From: a bacterium
GTDB taxonomy: Bacteria; Electryoneota; Electryoneia; Electryoneales; Electryoneaceae
Reading direction: 5' to 3'
Assembly: GCA_963669175.1 (NCBI GenBank)
Contig: OY769902.1
Location: 2,816,001 to 2,880,000 of the forward strand
DNA: 64,000 bases
In this document: positions 39,772 to 49,292 of the stretch, piece by piece
Layout: every line of letters starts with the position of its first letter
How positions within the stretch are numbered: position 1 is the stretch's first letter
Made by a program: the position numbers and the translations under genes
Notes under the pieces: generated by a model
The model's input: the letters and a program-made list of their open reading frames with translations, nothing else
Databases searched by the model: none
Told to the model about the DNA's origin: nothing

Positions 39772-40935
39772 GTGAGTCGGGCGATAATAAAACCAGAGAT
39801 GCTACGTTGGGCGCGTGAAAGGGCAAGTCTTTCCATAGACGCATTGGCCCACAAGATTAGCGTTAGTGCGCATGTGCTTGAAGCGTGTGAACGTGGAGAA
39901 CAGCAACTCACATTTCGCCAAGCACAGCTTCTTGCCAGTCGCACCCACATTCCATTTGGTATATTGTTTCTCCCACAGCCACCTGAGTTCAGGTTACCAG
40001 TTCCAGATTACCGAAGCAGAATAGACCCTTCTTACCAGGTACCAAGTCTTGAACTTTTCGATGTTCTTCATGATGCCCAACGAAAACAAGATTGGTTCAG
40101 GGACTACGCTCTAAAGCATGATTGGGAGCGACTAGAATTTGTAGGGAGTAGTCCTTCTAGTACGCCCGAGCAAATAGCCACCTCAATTCGTCGAGAACTA
40201 CATCTTGCTGTAGACTATGCCGATCAGTTTAAGCGATGGGAAGACACACTTCAATTTCTGATCAGCGCAGCAGAAGAAGCTCGTATTCTGGTCATCCGTA
40301 ACGGTATAGTTGGGAATAACACGCACCGCCAATTGGATGTTGACGAGTTCAGAGGGTTTGTACTTGTTGATGATATGGCGCCATTGGTATTCTTGAATGG
40401 CAAAGATGCCAAGTCCGCCCAGATGTTTACCCTGATTCATGAGCTTGCACATCTTTGGATTGGTAAAAGTGGATTGACAGATGCACCGATGGCATTGAGA
40501 AGTATAGACCATCCTGTTGAACGCATATGCAATCAGGTCGCAGCAGAAGTGCTTGCGCCACAGGAAATCTTTCTTACAAGCTGGGATAGGCATAATGCGC
40601 TTGTTGAGAACCTTGATAAACTTGCCAAACAGTTGAAAATAAGCCGTCTGGTCGTGATCAGTCGTGCGCTTGATCTGGAATTGATTTCCTGGGACGAACG
40701 GAACCGTTTTTGGGAAGAAGAGTGGGATCAGATTCGAGCGCGAGGCGAGATAAAATCCTCGGGGGGCGATTTCTATCCAACGCTACGTTTTCGTAATGGT
40801 CGTCTTCTTTCTGAAGCGATCCTGCGAGCTGTATGGAGCGGTGAAGCTCTATACCGAGATGCATTTCATTTATTAGGCTTGAAGAATAGCAACAGTCTTC
40901 GGAAGTATGCAGTCAGTCTGGGAGTGAGTAAATGA
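39772..40935 (+). CDS. HTH (Xre) + ImmA/IrrE-family metallopeptidase
   Basis: PEMLRWARER HTH; FTLIHELAHLW HExxH; ERICNQVAAEVL. Confidence 0.9.
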   Translation: MSRAIIKPEMLRWARERASLSIDALAHKISVSAHVLEACERGEQQLTFRQAQLLASRTHIPFGILFLPQPPEFRLPVPDYRSRIDPSYQVPSLELFDVLHDAQRKQDWFRDYALKHDWERLEFVGSSPSSTPEQIATSIRRELHLAVDYADQFKRWEDTLQFLISAAEEARILVIRNGIVGNNTHRQLDVDEFRGFVLVDDMAPLVFLNGKDAKSAQMFTLIHELAHLWIGKSGLTDAPMALRSIDHPVERICNQVAAEVLAPQEIFLTSWDRHNALVENLDKLAKQLKISRLVVISRALDLELISWDERNRFWEEEWDQIRARGEIKSSGGDFYPTLRFRNGRLLSEAILRAVWSGEALYRDAFHLLGLKNSNSLRKYAVSLGVSK

Positions 40936-41432
40936 TTTATCTCCTTGATGCGAATGTCTTTATAGAAGCCAAGAATCGTTATTACCGCTTTTCAATATGT
41001 CCAGGATTCTGGGATTGGCTTGAAAGTGATGGACCAGGTAAGTTGTTGTCAATCCGTCCGGTTCGCGAAGAATTATTGGCGGGGAAAGACGACCTGAAGG
41101 ACTTCATCGAAACCATACCTCTTGCTCGTTTTGCTGACATAACAGAACCGGAAACGCAATCCCATTTTGCAGAGATCGTTGCATGGATTGATCAGCAACA
41201 CTACACCGATGCAGCTAAAGTGAAATTCCTATCAGGCGCTGATCCATGGTTGGTGGCACATGCAATATCTCTAAATGAAGTCGATGATTGTACTGTAGTC
41301 ACGCATGAGCAGTCAGACCTGCTAAGTAAAAGGAGAATTTTTATTCCTGATATGTGTAATCGTTTTGACATAAAATATTGTGATACTTTTGATTATCTTG
41401 AATACTACAACGTTGCATTCAAATATAAATAG
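40932..41432 (+). CDS. DUF4411-like PIN-domain protein
   Basis: YLLDANVFIEA, FWDWL, ADPWLVAHA, VVTHE, IPDMC; start overlaps upstream stop. Confidence 0.88.
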   Translation: MIYLLDANVFIEAKNRYYRFSICPGFWDWLESDGPGKLLSIRPVREELLAGKDDLKDFIETIPLARFADITEPETQSHFAEIVAWIDQQHYTDAAKVKFLSGADPWLVAHAISLNEVDDCTVVTHEQSDLLSKRRIFIPDMCNRFDIKYCDTFDYLEYYNVAFKYK

Positions 41433-41498
41433 CTACAAAAATATTGTATCCTTGGGAGTGATTAATGCAATTTACCCCTGTTTCATGTCGATCAAGGT

Positions 41499-41545
41499 TT
41501 ATATTTATTCAAAATAAACCCTGATTTCACAGCAATCAAGGGCAG
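41499..41545. repeat. 47-nt direct repeat, copy A
   Basis: 42/47 identical to 42521-42567 by manual alignment. Confidence 0.85.
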
Positions 41546-41592
41546 TAAAAAGTAGAATATTTGCACTATTCGATACCATTTTGGAGGGAAAA

Positions 41593-42273
41593 ATGATTTA
41601 TCATTATACTTCGATAGAAACATTAGCTTTGATTCTAGATACTAAAAAGATACGATTTACAAGATTAGATCTAGTAAACGATCCTGAAGAAGCATTAAAC
41701 GAAGAAAATATTGATATAAGAAAAAATATTATGGTTTCGTGCTGGACAAAAGAAAGTGAAGAAAACATACCTATGTGGCATATGTATACAAATAAAAATG
41801 GAAGTGGCGTAAGAATAGGTGTTGAGGATGAAATAATTGAAACAAACAGAATGGTATCAAATAATTGTTGGTTATCTAAGATACAAAAAGTTAATTATAG
41901 TAATAATATAAATTGTTCTTTAATAAAAAATAATTTAATAAAATTACCTTTTAATGATAAGTATATATTGTATCCGGGTGGGATAGCGACAAATAAGAAG
42001 AAAGTGTGGAGTTTTGAAAGCGAAAAAAGATTTGTTATCGTATCTTCTGGTGTTATAAGAGGTGAGAATATTGATAATAATATGAAAATAAAAATAATGA
42101 TAGAAAATAAATTTAAAAGAAAGTATAAATATATTCGAGTGAATCGTAAACTGTTAAATAATATGAATATAATTATTGGGCCGGGATGTACAAAAGGAGA
42201 AAATATTGTTATCAATGCTCTGTGTGAAAAATATCATATAGTCAATGTAAAACAAAGTAATTTAAAAATTTAA
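41593..42273 (+). CDS. DUF2971-like protein in a very AT-rich gene
   Basis: IYHYTS, NDPEE, VSCWT, IPMWHMY, GVRIG, K...WSFESEKR; about 25% GC by hand count. Confidence 0.75.
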   Translation: MIYHYTSIETLALILDTKKIRFTRLDLVNDPEEALNEENIDIRKNIMVSCWTKESEENIPMWHMYTNKNGSGVRIGVEDEIIETNRMVSNNCWLSKIQKVNYSNNINCSLIKNNLIKLPFNDKYILYPGGIATNKKKVWSFESEKRFVIVSSGVIRGENIDNNMKIKIMIENKFKRKYKYIRVNRKLLNNMNIIIGPGCTKGENIVINALCEKYHIVNVKQSNLKI

Positions 42274-42396
42274 ATCAAAAAAATGTAAAATAATCACTGT
42301 ATTGTATCGAAACATGGTTTATATAGCTACTCTTGAAAATAAACCGTCATGATGATAATCCAACGAACTCTTTAATGGTGACAGAGAAGAAGGATA

Positions 42397-42520
42397 TGGA
42401 AAAAAGGGATAGTTTCCTTTTCCATGAATGCTTCAAGAGTATTCAATATAAACGCGAGGAAAAGGATCCCGTCCCCTTTCCCCGGCAATCTCCATTATGA
42501 CGGAAAATAATCGAGAATAA
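42397..42520. repeat. REP/BIME-like array (GGGGAC family), copy 2 with two palindromes
   Basis: GCGAGGAAAAGGATCCCGTCCCCTTTCCCCGGCAATCTCC nearly identical to 58381-58420. Confidence 0.85.
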
Positions 42521-42567
42521 TTATACTTATTTAAGATAAACCCTGATTGCACAGCAATCAGGGGCAG
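42521..42567. repeat. 47-nt direct repeat, copy B
   Basis: Contains perfect hairpin CCCTGATTGC-ACA-GCAATCAGGG. Confidence 0.85.
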
Positions 42568-42721
42568 GCAGTAGGGGAGTTCCGTTGTCAAATTGTTGAA
42601 TTGATAATGCGGTGAAACATGTACTGAGAACCCGGCTCCTTATCTGGAACCGGGTTGTAAGTTTTCCATCTATCCACAATCTATCTCGAACCACCCAATT
42701 CAGGATAAGACAATCCCAAAA

Positions 42722-44863
42722 TCACTTCACCAGCAGCATCTTCTTCACCTGCATGCCCAGGTCTGAATTCAGACGGTAGAAGTAGACACCGGACGGCAGC
42801 AGGCTCGCATCGAACTGCACGTTATGCTGACCGGCGCTGAAGTGCTGGTTGGTGATGGATGCAACCTGTTGGCCGACAAGGTTGAACACGGTGATTTCCA
42901 CGTGTGATGCCTGCGGAAGCGTGAACGCTATTGACGTTGTCGGGTTGAACGGGTTCGGGTAGTTCTGCGACAGGGTATAGTCGAACGCTTGTCCCGCTTC
43001 TGTGTCGGTGATATCGTTGGTCGGATCGAAGCAGTAGACTTCACCATTGGTGCCCATGTAAAAGTCACCGTCACCACCGGCTGCGAAAGAATACGCCTTG
43101 GTCGAGTTCAGACCGGCGATATCTTCACGCCATGTCGCGCCCTGATCTTCGGATACATAGATACTACGCGTTACAACCCCTTCCATGAAGCGGTTGATGG
43201 TGAAATCGACAAACAGGTTCCCCGCATTATCCACACCGATCTTGTTTGTGCCAATGGTTGCCAGAACTCCATTTTCTACGAGTCCATCGGTAATTGTGGT
43301 CCAGGTGTCGCCATGGTCAGTCGATTTCTGAAGTGCCGAGATGCTGCCATCGCTATCCAGGTAAACAATATCGTTCGTGAAATCGATAGCCGCTTCATCA
43401 TGCGCACCGCCCACAAGAGATGTGAACGTGCCGCCGTTGTCATCGCTACGGTAGAATCCCGTTAAACCACCGCCATAGATCGCGCCCTGGGCATCACCAA
43501 AAGCCACGTAGGGAGCGGTAACCCCTGACAACTGGGTGAAACTGCCGCCAGCGTCGGTGGAGTGGAAAATCCCGTACTGGGCGTGAATGAGAAACAGGTC
43601 GCTGGAAGGTGATGTTCCGAAGCGGCAACCATTGGAACCTACAAGGCCGGTATTGTATTCGGTCCAGTTTGCACCGTTATCGGTTGATTTGTACAGGTAA
43701 TTCGTAGCGCCTGCATAAAGGGTGCCGTCCGGAGTGCGAATCGCGTCAAGGTCAGCACCGGTGCAGGTGATCTCGTCAATCTGCTCCCATGCAGTAGTTC
43801 CGCTGGGGAGCTGGTAGATGCCGAAACTGTCGGCTGCGGCGATCACGGTTCCGTCAGCGGTTACAGCCAGTCCACCGATAAGACTTGCGGTCAGTCCGCT
43901 GTTGGAAGGCGCCCAGGTTGAGCCACCGTCACTGCTCATCTTGATCGCTTTGTTGAATACGCCCAGTACCAGGTCACCATTGACAGTTGTTTCCAGGCAA
44001 TGGGAATCGTAAATAGCGGGCAAGTCCGGTGTGGAAGAGGACCAGGTAGCGCCGTCATCGGTTGAGGTTAGCACTTCCGGGGCCAGGGTTACGGCATAGA
44101 GGGTGCCATCATCTGCGGCTGCCATCCCCTGTATACCGTTGGTCACCATGGCAGTGTGGACTTCCGTCCAGTTATCGCCGTTGTCGGTCGAACGGTAGAT
44201 GCTGCCAAAATAGCCGCCGACCAGGGTGCCTTCATCGGTACACTCGAGGTATTGCAACGCTGCTGGAGTGCCCGGGGTAACCTCGGTCCAGTTGTCACCA
44301 TTATCGGTCGAACGCATGAAGACGGATGTGAGCAGACCTGGAATGAAAAGAGTACCATCCGTGCCCACAACAATACGGCCGGGATTGGCCAAACCCATAG
44401 TTCCGACAGTAGACCAGTTCGCTCCACCGTCGGTCGATTTAAAAATCGAAATGTTTGGGTTGCGTCCTACCAGGATGAGGTTATCGTTATCAATCGCGTG
44501 TATAACATCAACCTTGAGAATACCGGCCGGAAGCGTAAGCAGATTACTGGTTTCAAAATGGTCATCGGACCAGTAGGATGTGCTGCTGAAAGCTGCGGTG
44601 AATAGACGGCCACTTGGTGATTCACTTATCTTCAAATAAAAACCATCACCGGGAATTCCGGTTCGTGACCACGTTGCCCCGTTATCCGATGACATGAACA
44701 GGCCGGCATCACGTGTTGAGGCATACAGATAACCGTCTGAGGCACGATACAGGTTGTACACGGTTCCGCCATTGGGGCCGCCCAGGTTCACCCAACTGGC
44801 AAATACTGATGAGCATAGCAGTAGAGTAATTGCAGCAGCAATCACAAGTTTCACAATCTTCAT
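42722..44863 (-). CDS. Secreted BNR/Asp-box beta-propeller protein with T9SS-type tail
   Basis: Signal peptide MKIVKL; many S-x-D-x-G-x-x-W Asp boxes; QNYPNPFNP...LPSGVYFYRL...KKMLLVK. Confidence 0.88.
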   Translation of the reverse strand: MKIVKLVIAAAITLLLCSSVFASWVNLGGPNGGTVYNLYRASDGYLYASTRDAGLFMSSDNGATWSRTGIPGDGFYLKISESPSGRLFTAAFSSTSYWSDDHFETSNLLTLPAGILKVDVIHAIDNDNLILVGRNPNISIFKSTDGGANWSTVGTMGLANPGRIVVGTDGTLFIPGLLTSVFMRSTDNGDNWTEVTPGTPAALQYLECTDEGTLVGGYFGSIYRSTDNGDNWTEVHTAMVTNGIQGMAAADDGTLYAVTLAPEVLTSTDDGATWSSSTPDLPAIYDSHCLETTVNGDLVLGVFNKAIKMSSDGGSTWAPSNSGLTASLIGGLAVTADGTVIAAADSFGIYQLPSGTTAWEQIDEITCTGADLDAIRTPDGTLYAGATNYLYKSTDNGANWTEYNTGLVGSNGCRFGTSPSSDLFLIHAQYGIFHSTDAGGSFTQLSGVTAPYVAFGDAQGAIYGGGLTGFYRSDDNGGTFTSLVGGAHDEAAIDFTNDIVYLDSDGSISALQKSTDHGDTWTTITDGLVENGVLATIGTNKIGVDNAGNLFVDFTINRFMEGVVTRSIYVSEDQGATWREDIAGLNSTKAYSFAAGGDGDFYMGTNGEVYCFDPTNDITDTEAGQAFDYTLSQNYPNPFNPTTSIAFTLPQASHVEITVFNLVGQQVASITNQHFSAGQHNVQFDASLLPSGVYFYRLNSDLGMQVKKMLLVK

Positions 44864-45022
44864 GTTTTCTTCCTTTCCTGGTCGAGTCACTACACACAAG
44901 GTGAGATTTGCGTTTTCAAGATACGTCCCAATTGTTTGGGATTTTTGTGATATGAGGCACTTTTTGTGATTTATTCTGGAGTTGGATGGGTATCACAGAT
45001 TGCTCTTTGTCCGGAAAACTTG

Positions 45023-45054
45023 AAAAAAAGCCATGCTTCGGGGAAGCATGGCTT
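45023..45054 (-). terminator. Terminator of the aspC-pckA operon
   Basis: AAGCCATGCTTC-GGG-GAAGCATGGCTT with an adjacent A7 tract. Confidence 0.85.
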
Positions 45055-45086
45055 GAATAGTATCAAGGCAAAACTGTATTGCTGCG

Positions 45087-46733
45087 TCAGTCTTTTTTCG
45101 GTCCGGAGTTACGGACTTCCGGGGTGACTTCATCGGCGAACTTACGGAAGTTCTCGATGAAGCGTGCGGCGAGCTGACGGTACTTGTTATCGTACTCTTT
45201 CTTGTCGCCCCAGGAACTGGACGGATCAAACACGTTGTCCGGCACATCCGGGCAGGTCTTCGGTACTTCGAAGCCGAAGAGTTCGTCTTTCCGGTACTCG
45301 ACATTGTCCAGGTCACCGTCAAGCGCTGCGTTGAGCATACGACGAGTGTGCCTGATCGAGATACGCTTGCCGACGCCGAACTTACCGCCGACCCAACCGG
45401 TATTCAACAGCCAACACTTCACGCCGTGCTTCTGGACCTTGTCGGCCAGCATTTTGGCGTAGAAGGAGGGCGGATGCACCATGAAGGGCGCTCCGAAGCA
45501 GGCGGAGAAGGTGATTTCCGGTTCGAGACCGACACCGATTTCCGTGCCGCCAACCTTGGAGGTGTAGCCACTGATGAAGTGGTACTGTGCCTGGTCGGGG
45601 GTCAGACGCGCGATTGGAGGCATGACACCGCTGGCGTCGCAGGTCAGGAAAATGATGTTGTCCGGGTGCCCGGCCATTTTATCCGGAACCGCATTGTCGA
45701 TGAAGGACAGCGGATAGGAAGCGCGGGTATTTTCTGTCAGCGTCCAGTCGTCCAGGTCGATGCGACGGCTGACCGGGTCCATGATCACATTTTCGAGGAT
45801 GGTGCCGTAGCGACGGGTGCAGGCATAGATTTCGGGCTCTGCTGTCGGTGACAGGTTGATCACTTTCGCATAGCAACCGTTCTCAATGTTGAAGATGCCT
45901 TCGTCGGTCCAGCCATGCTCGTCGTCACCGATAAGGTTTCGTGCCGGGTCTGCGGAAAGGGTGGTCTTACCGGTGCCGGACAGACCGAAGAACAGCGCGC
46001 TATGGCCGTCCTTGCCCACATTCGCCGAGCAGTGCATGGAAAGAACGCCTTCCAACGGCAGCAGGTAGTTCATCAGGGTGAAGATGGTCTTCTTGATTTC
46101 ACCGCCATACTGTGAAACACCGACATGCCCAATCTTCTTGCCGAAGTCGGCAACGATAAAGGTATTGGACGCGGTCGAATCTATCTGACGAACTCCCTTG
46201 AAACCGGGAGTGACGATCAGGGTAAACTCAGGCACGAACTGCTGGTATTCATCGGCCGATTTCGGCGGCAGCAGCATGTTGCGTGAGAACATCGCCTGCC
46301 AGGCATGCTCGGTAATGATCCGTACCGGGACACGGTAGTTCGGATCTGCTCCGGCATAAAGGTCCTGGACAAAGATATCGCGTCCCTGCAGGTAACCGTT
46401 GACACGATGATGCAAGGCATCAAAGGTGTCTTCCGACATCGGACGGTTGTATTCGCCCCAGTAGACGTGGTCTACACTGGTCTCTTCTTTGACGATGAAC
46501 TTGTCATTGGCCGCGCGGCTGGTATGACCGCCGGTTTCAACGAGAACTGGTCCACCTAAAGAGATCTTACCTTCACCACGGAAAATAAATTCCTCATACA
46601 AGGCTTCCGTGGGGAGGTTCCAATAGACTTTCCGCGGATTCATGATGCCGTGCATCTTGACCGGGTAATCGCTTGCGAGGCGATCGGCGACCTTTTCCGC
46701 GGGGGTCTGAATATTCAGGATGTTGTTAATCAC
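45087..46733 (-). CDS. pckA: Phosphoenolpyruvate carboxykinase (ATP)
   Basis: YGGEIKK, MHCSAN, FGLSGTGKTTLS, LIGDDEHGW, ENTRASYP; GTG start overlapping the upstream TGA. Confidence 0.97.
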   Translation of the reverse strand: MINNILNIQTPAEKVADRLASDYPVKMHGIMNPRKVYWNLPTEALYEEFIFRGEGKISLGGPVLVETGGHTSRAANDKFIVKEETSVDHVYWGEYNRPMSEDTFDALHHRVNGYLQGRDIFVQDLYAGADPNYRVPVRIITEHAWQAMFSRNMLLPPKSADEYQQFVPEFTLIVTPGFKGVRQIDSTASNTFIVADFGKKIGHVGVSQYGGEIKKTIFTLMNYLLPLEGVLSMHCSANVGKDGHSALFFGLSGTGKTTLSADPARNLIGDDEHGWTDEGIFNIENGCYAKVINLSPTAEPEIYACTRRYGTILENVIMDPVSRRIDLDDWTLTENTRASYPLSFIDNAVPDKMAGHPDNIIFLTCDASGVMPPIARLTPDQAQYHFISGYTSKVGGTEIGVGLEPEITFSACFGAPFMVHPPSFYAKMLADKVQKHGVKCWLLNTGWVGGKFGVGKRISIRHTRRMLNAALDGDLDNVEYRKDELFGFEVPKTCPDVPDNVFDPSSSWGDKKEYDNKYRQLAARFIENFRKFADEVTPEVRNSGPKKD

Positions 46734-47947
46734 AGCCAATCCCTCACGAGTTTCTTGTCTCCGATGAACAGTTCGTTCGGCGATTCGGGATCCACGACCC
46801 ACTTGATCCGCTCGACACCCTGCTTAATATCCTTTACCGAACCGCAGATGCTCAGGCGCAAGTGACCTTCCCAGCCAAACTCCTTGCCGGGAACTGTAAC
46901 CACCCAGGCCTTCTCCAGCAGTTCTTTCGACAGCTTCACTGAATCCTTGGTATAGGCGCGGAAATCCACCAGGCAGTAGAACGTGCCTTTTGGCGCTCGA
47001 ACCTTAATACCGTTAAAGGTCTTCAGTTCTTGTCGCATCACTTCCCAGTTGTTCTGCAACATCTGGCGAAGCTGTTCGACTGTATTCTGCACACCATTGA
47101 GCGCACCCATGGCAGCCGTCTGCGAAACGATCGGAGCCGTTGAGGTGGTTTGTGCCTGAACATTCAGCATCACCTTGCGCAGCTTGCGAGGCGCTACCGC
47201 CCAACCGATACGGAAACCGGTCATGCCGTACACCTTGCTGATGCCGTTCAGGGAAATGATGTGGGAATCGTCAATGGTATTACTGGTGAATTCGTAAGGC
47301 GAAGCCCAGTCGACACCATCAAAGATCAACTTGTGATAGATGTCATCGGAGATGTAGTAAATCCCCTTTTCTTCGCAAAACTCAACCAGTTCCTTGATGA
47401 ACTCACGGCTGTAGACCATCCCCGACGGGTTGTTCGGGCTGTTGACGATGATGGCCTTGGTGTAAGAACCGACCACGCGCTTGATCTCTTCCATGCGCGG
47501 CTGGAAGGTACCGTCTTCCGGGGTAACAATGACCGGGACGCCATAACACATCTTGATCATCTCGGGATAGCTTACCCAGTAGGGGGACAGTACGATTACT
47601 TCATCCTGCGGGTTGAGCAGGGTGAAGAGGAGGTTGTACAGCGACTGCTTGGCGCCACTGGAAACGATCACATTTTCCGGTGCGGGCAGACGTCCGTAGT
47701 TTTCTTCCGTGTACTTGATAACCGACTTGATCAGGCCGGGGATGCCTTCTGTGGGTGTGTACTTAACGTCTCCGTCTTTCAGCTTGGCGGCGGCGCTCAG
47801 GATACCCGCAATCGGGGCACGATTCTTCGGTTCTCCTGCGCCGAGGTGGATCACCGGGTCGCCCTTTGCCTTGAGCAGACGAGCCTGCTCATTCATGGCT
47901 AGGGTCGGAGATTCGGCGATCTCGCTGGCAATCATGCTCAAACTCAT
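46730..47947 (-). CDS. aspC: Aspartate aminotransferase-like PLP enzyme (class I/II)
   Basis: GAKQSL, PYWVSY, NSPNNPSG, SDDIY, SKVYGMTGFRIG. Confidence 0.85.
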   Translation of the reverse strand: MSLSMIASEIAESPTLAMNEQARLLKAKGDPVIHLGAGEPKNRAPIAGILSAAAKLKDGDVKYTPTEGIPGLIKSVIKYTEENYGRLPAPENVIVSSGAKQSLYNLLFTLLNPQDEVIVLSPYWVSYPEMIKMCYGVPVIVTPEDGTFQPRMEEIKRVVGSYTKAIIVNSPNNPSGMVYSREFIKELVEFCEEKGIYYISDDIYHKLIFDGVDWASPYEFTSNTIDDSHIISLNGISKVYGMTGFRIGWAVAPRKLRKVMLNVQAQTTSTAPIVSQTAAMGALNGVQNTVEQLRQMLQNNWEVMRQELKTFNGIKVRAPKGTFYCLVDFRAYTKDSVKLSKELLEKAWVVTVPGKEFGWEGHLRLSICGSVKDIKQGVERIKWVVDPESPNELFIGDKKLVRDWL

Positions 47948-48531
47948 AGGCCGCAGCTTCCTCGTGTAAAAGGGTGGACGCCGTCGGGCGTGTTCGGAAC
48001 CCCTAATGTCTGGGGATCTACTCTGGTCTTCGTTTTTAGCCGCTTGTCTGTTGGGGTGACTTTGTACCTAACTGCAAGCTCTAACCTCTTGAAAAGTCAC
48101 CCTACTGGAAATTGGAAAGATCCAAGTTAGTGAACTATTTAACAAAGTGCAACGTGCTCCGAGAACATAATATCACAGGAATTCAGTTTGACTCCAACTG
48201 CCTCCCAAGGAAAAGGAAATGTAAAAACATCATGGTTCATTTTCAGTCAAAAATGATGCTTGCAAGAAGTAAAATTTCCAATAAAAACAGATCTCTTTCA
48301 CTACTGGAAAATGATGTTCTGAATTTGTTGATCGTCAAGGAGGAATCTGTTTGTCCCTGTTCATTGAAATGAGGAAATGCAAAAAAACTGGTCCATATGA
48401 TATTCCCGTGAGAGACAGTCCGATTCAACATGTGATTGATTTGGTTTTGCTCCGTTCCGTTTACCCGTTACCTTCAATTGTCATTCAGGGGAAAATGTGA
48501 AGAAATGCACGACCAGGAGAAGGGGAGGGAG

Positions 48532-49233
48532 ATGAATAGAGCATTGATCGTACTGTGTATGCTGTTGCTGGTGGCTTCAGCGTTTGCTGCAGAGAAGGTG
48601 CCGCTGGAACAACTCAGCACGGATGAACTGGTGGCTGAGACGCAGTTTGAGGCGCTGGAAAAAATTGAGAACGGTATTAACATCTGTTGGTGGTTCCCGT
48701 ACGAATTCTGGAAAGCCATCATGATAAACGATAAGCAGATGACGCAAGCGCAAAAAGACTCCATGCTGGCCATCGTGGAGGATGTCGCATTCCTGGCTGT
48801 GGTGCAGGTCGATGTGTTCCCTACCGGATATTTTGATTATTACCCGAAAGAGACAATTAAAAAGGGGATGACTGTACAGTTTGTTGATCCGGATGGTTCC
48901 GTGTACGCGTTAAGCATCCAGAAGGACATGAATCCCGAACTTCAGTCCATGATGGATATGATTGCCATGATCCTGACCAATGCGATGGGCAACCTCGGGT
49001 CCAACATGCACTTCTTCCTGATCGAAAATGAATATGACGGCAAGCGGATCGTCGATTGTTATGAAGAAGGGGAAATACGCGTCCGGCTGACAAACAGTGA
49101 CGGCGACAGAATAACCACACGTCTGGAACTGCCACTTGATTGCCTGTATGTCCCACGCAAATGCCCGAACGGTAAAGACGCACACGTTTCGTGGAAATTC
49201 TGCCCCTGGACCGGGGAAAAGCTGCCGGATTAG
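48532..49233 (+). CDS. Secreted hypothetical protein with C-terminal Cys motif
   Basis: Signal peptide MNRALIV...SAFA; C-term CPNG...WKFCPWTGEKL. Confidence 0.75.
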   Translation: MNRALIVLCMLLLVASAFAAEKVPLEQLSTDELVAETQFEALEKIENGINICWWFPYEFWKAIMINDKQMTQAQKDSMLAIVEDVAFLAVVQVDVFPTGYFDYYPKETIKKGMTVQFVDPDGSVYALSIQKDMNPELQSMMDMIAMILTNAMGNLGSNMHFFLIENEYDGKRIVDCYEEGEIRVRLTNSDGDRITTRLELPLDCLYVPRKCPNGKDAHVSWKFCPWTGEKLPD

Positions 49234-49292
49234 TATTGTCTCAAGACTGAGACTCTAAAGTAGCTAAAATACTGATTTGGCCCGACTGCTCG

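Noticed and set aside
48112-48431. Short ORFs in the AT-rich divergent intergenic region
   Set aside because: No RBS or motifs; more likely promoter DNA
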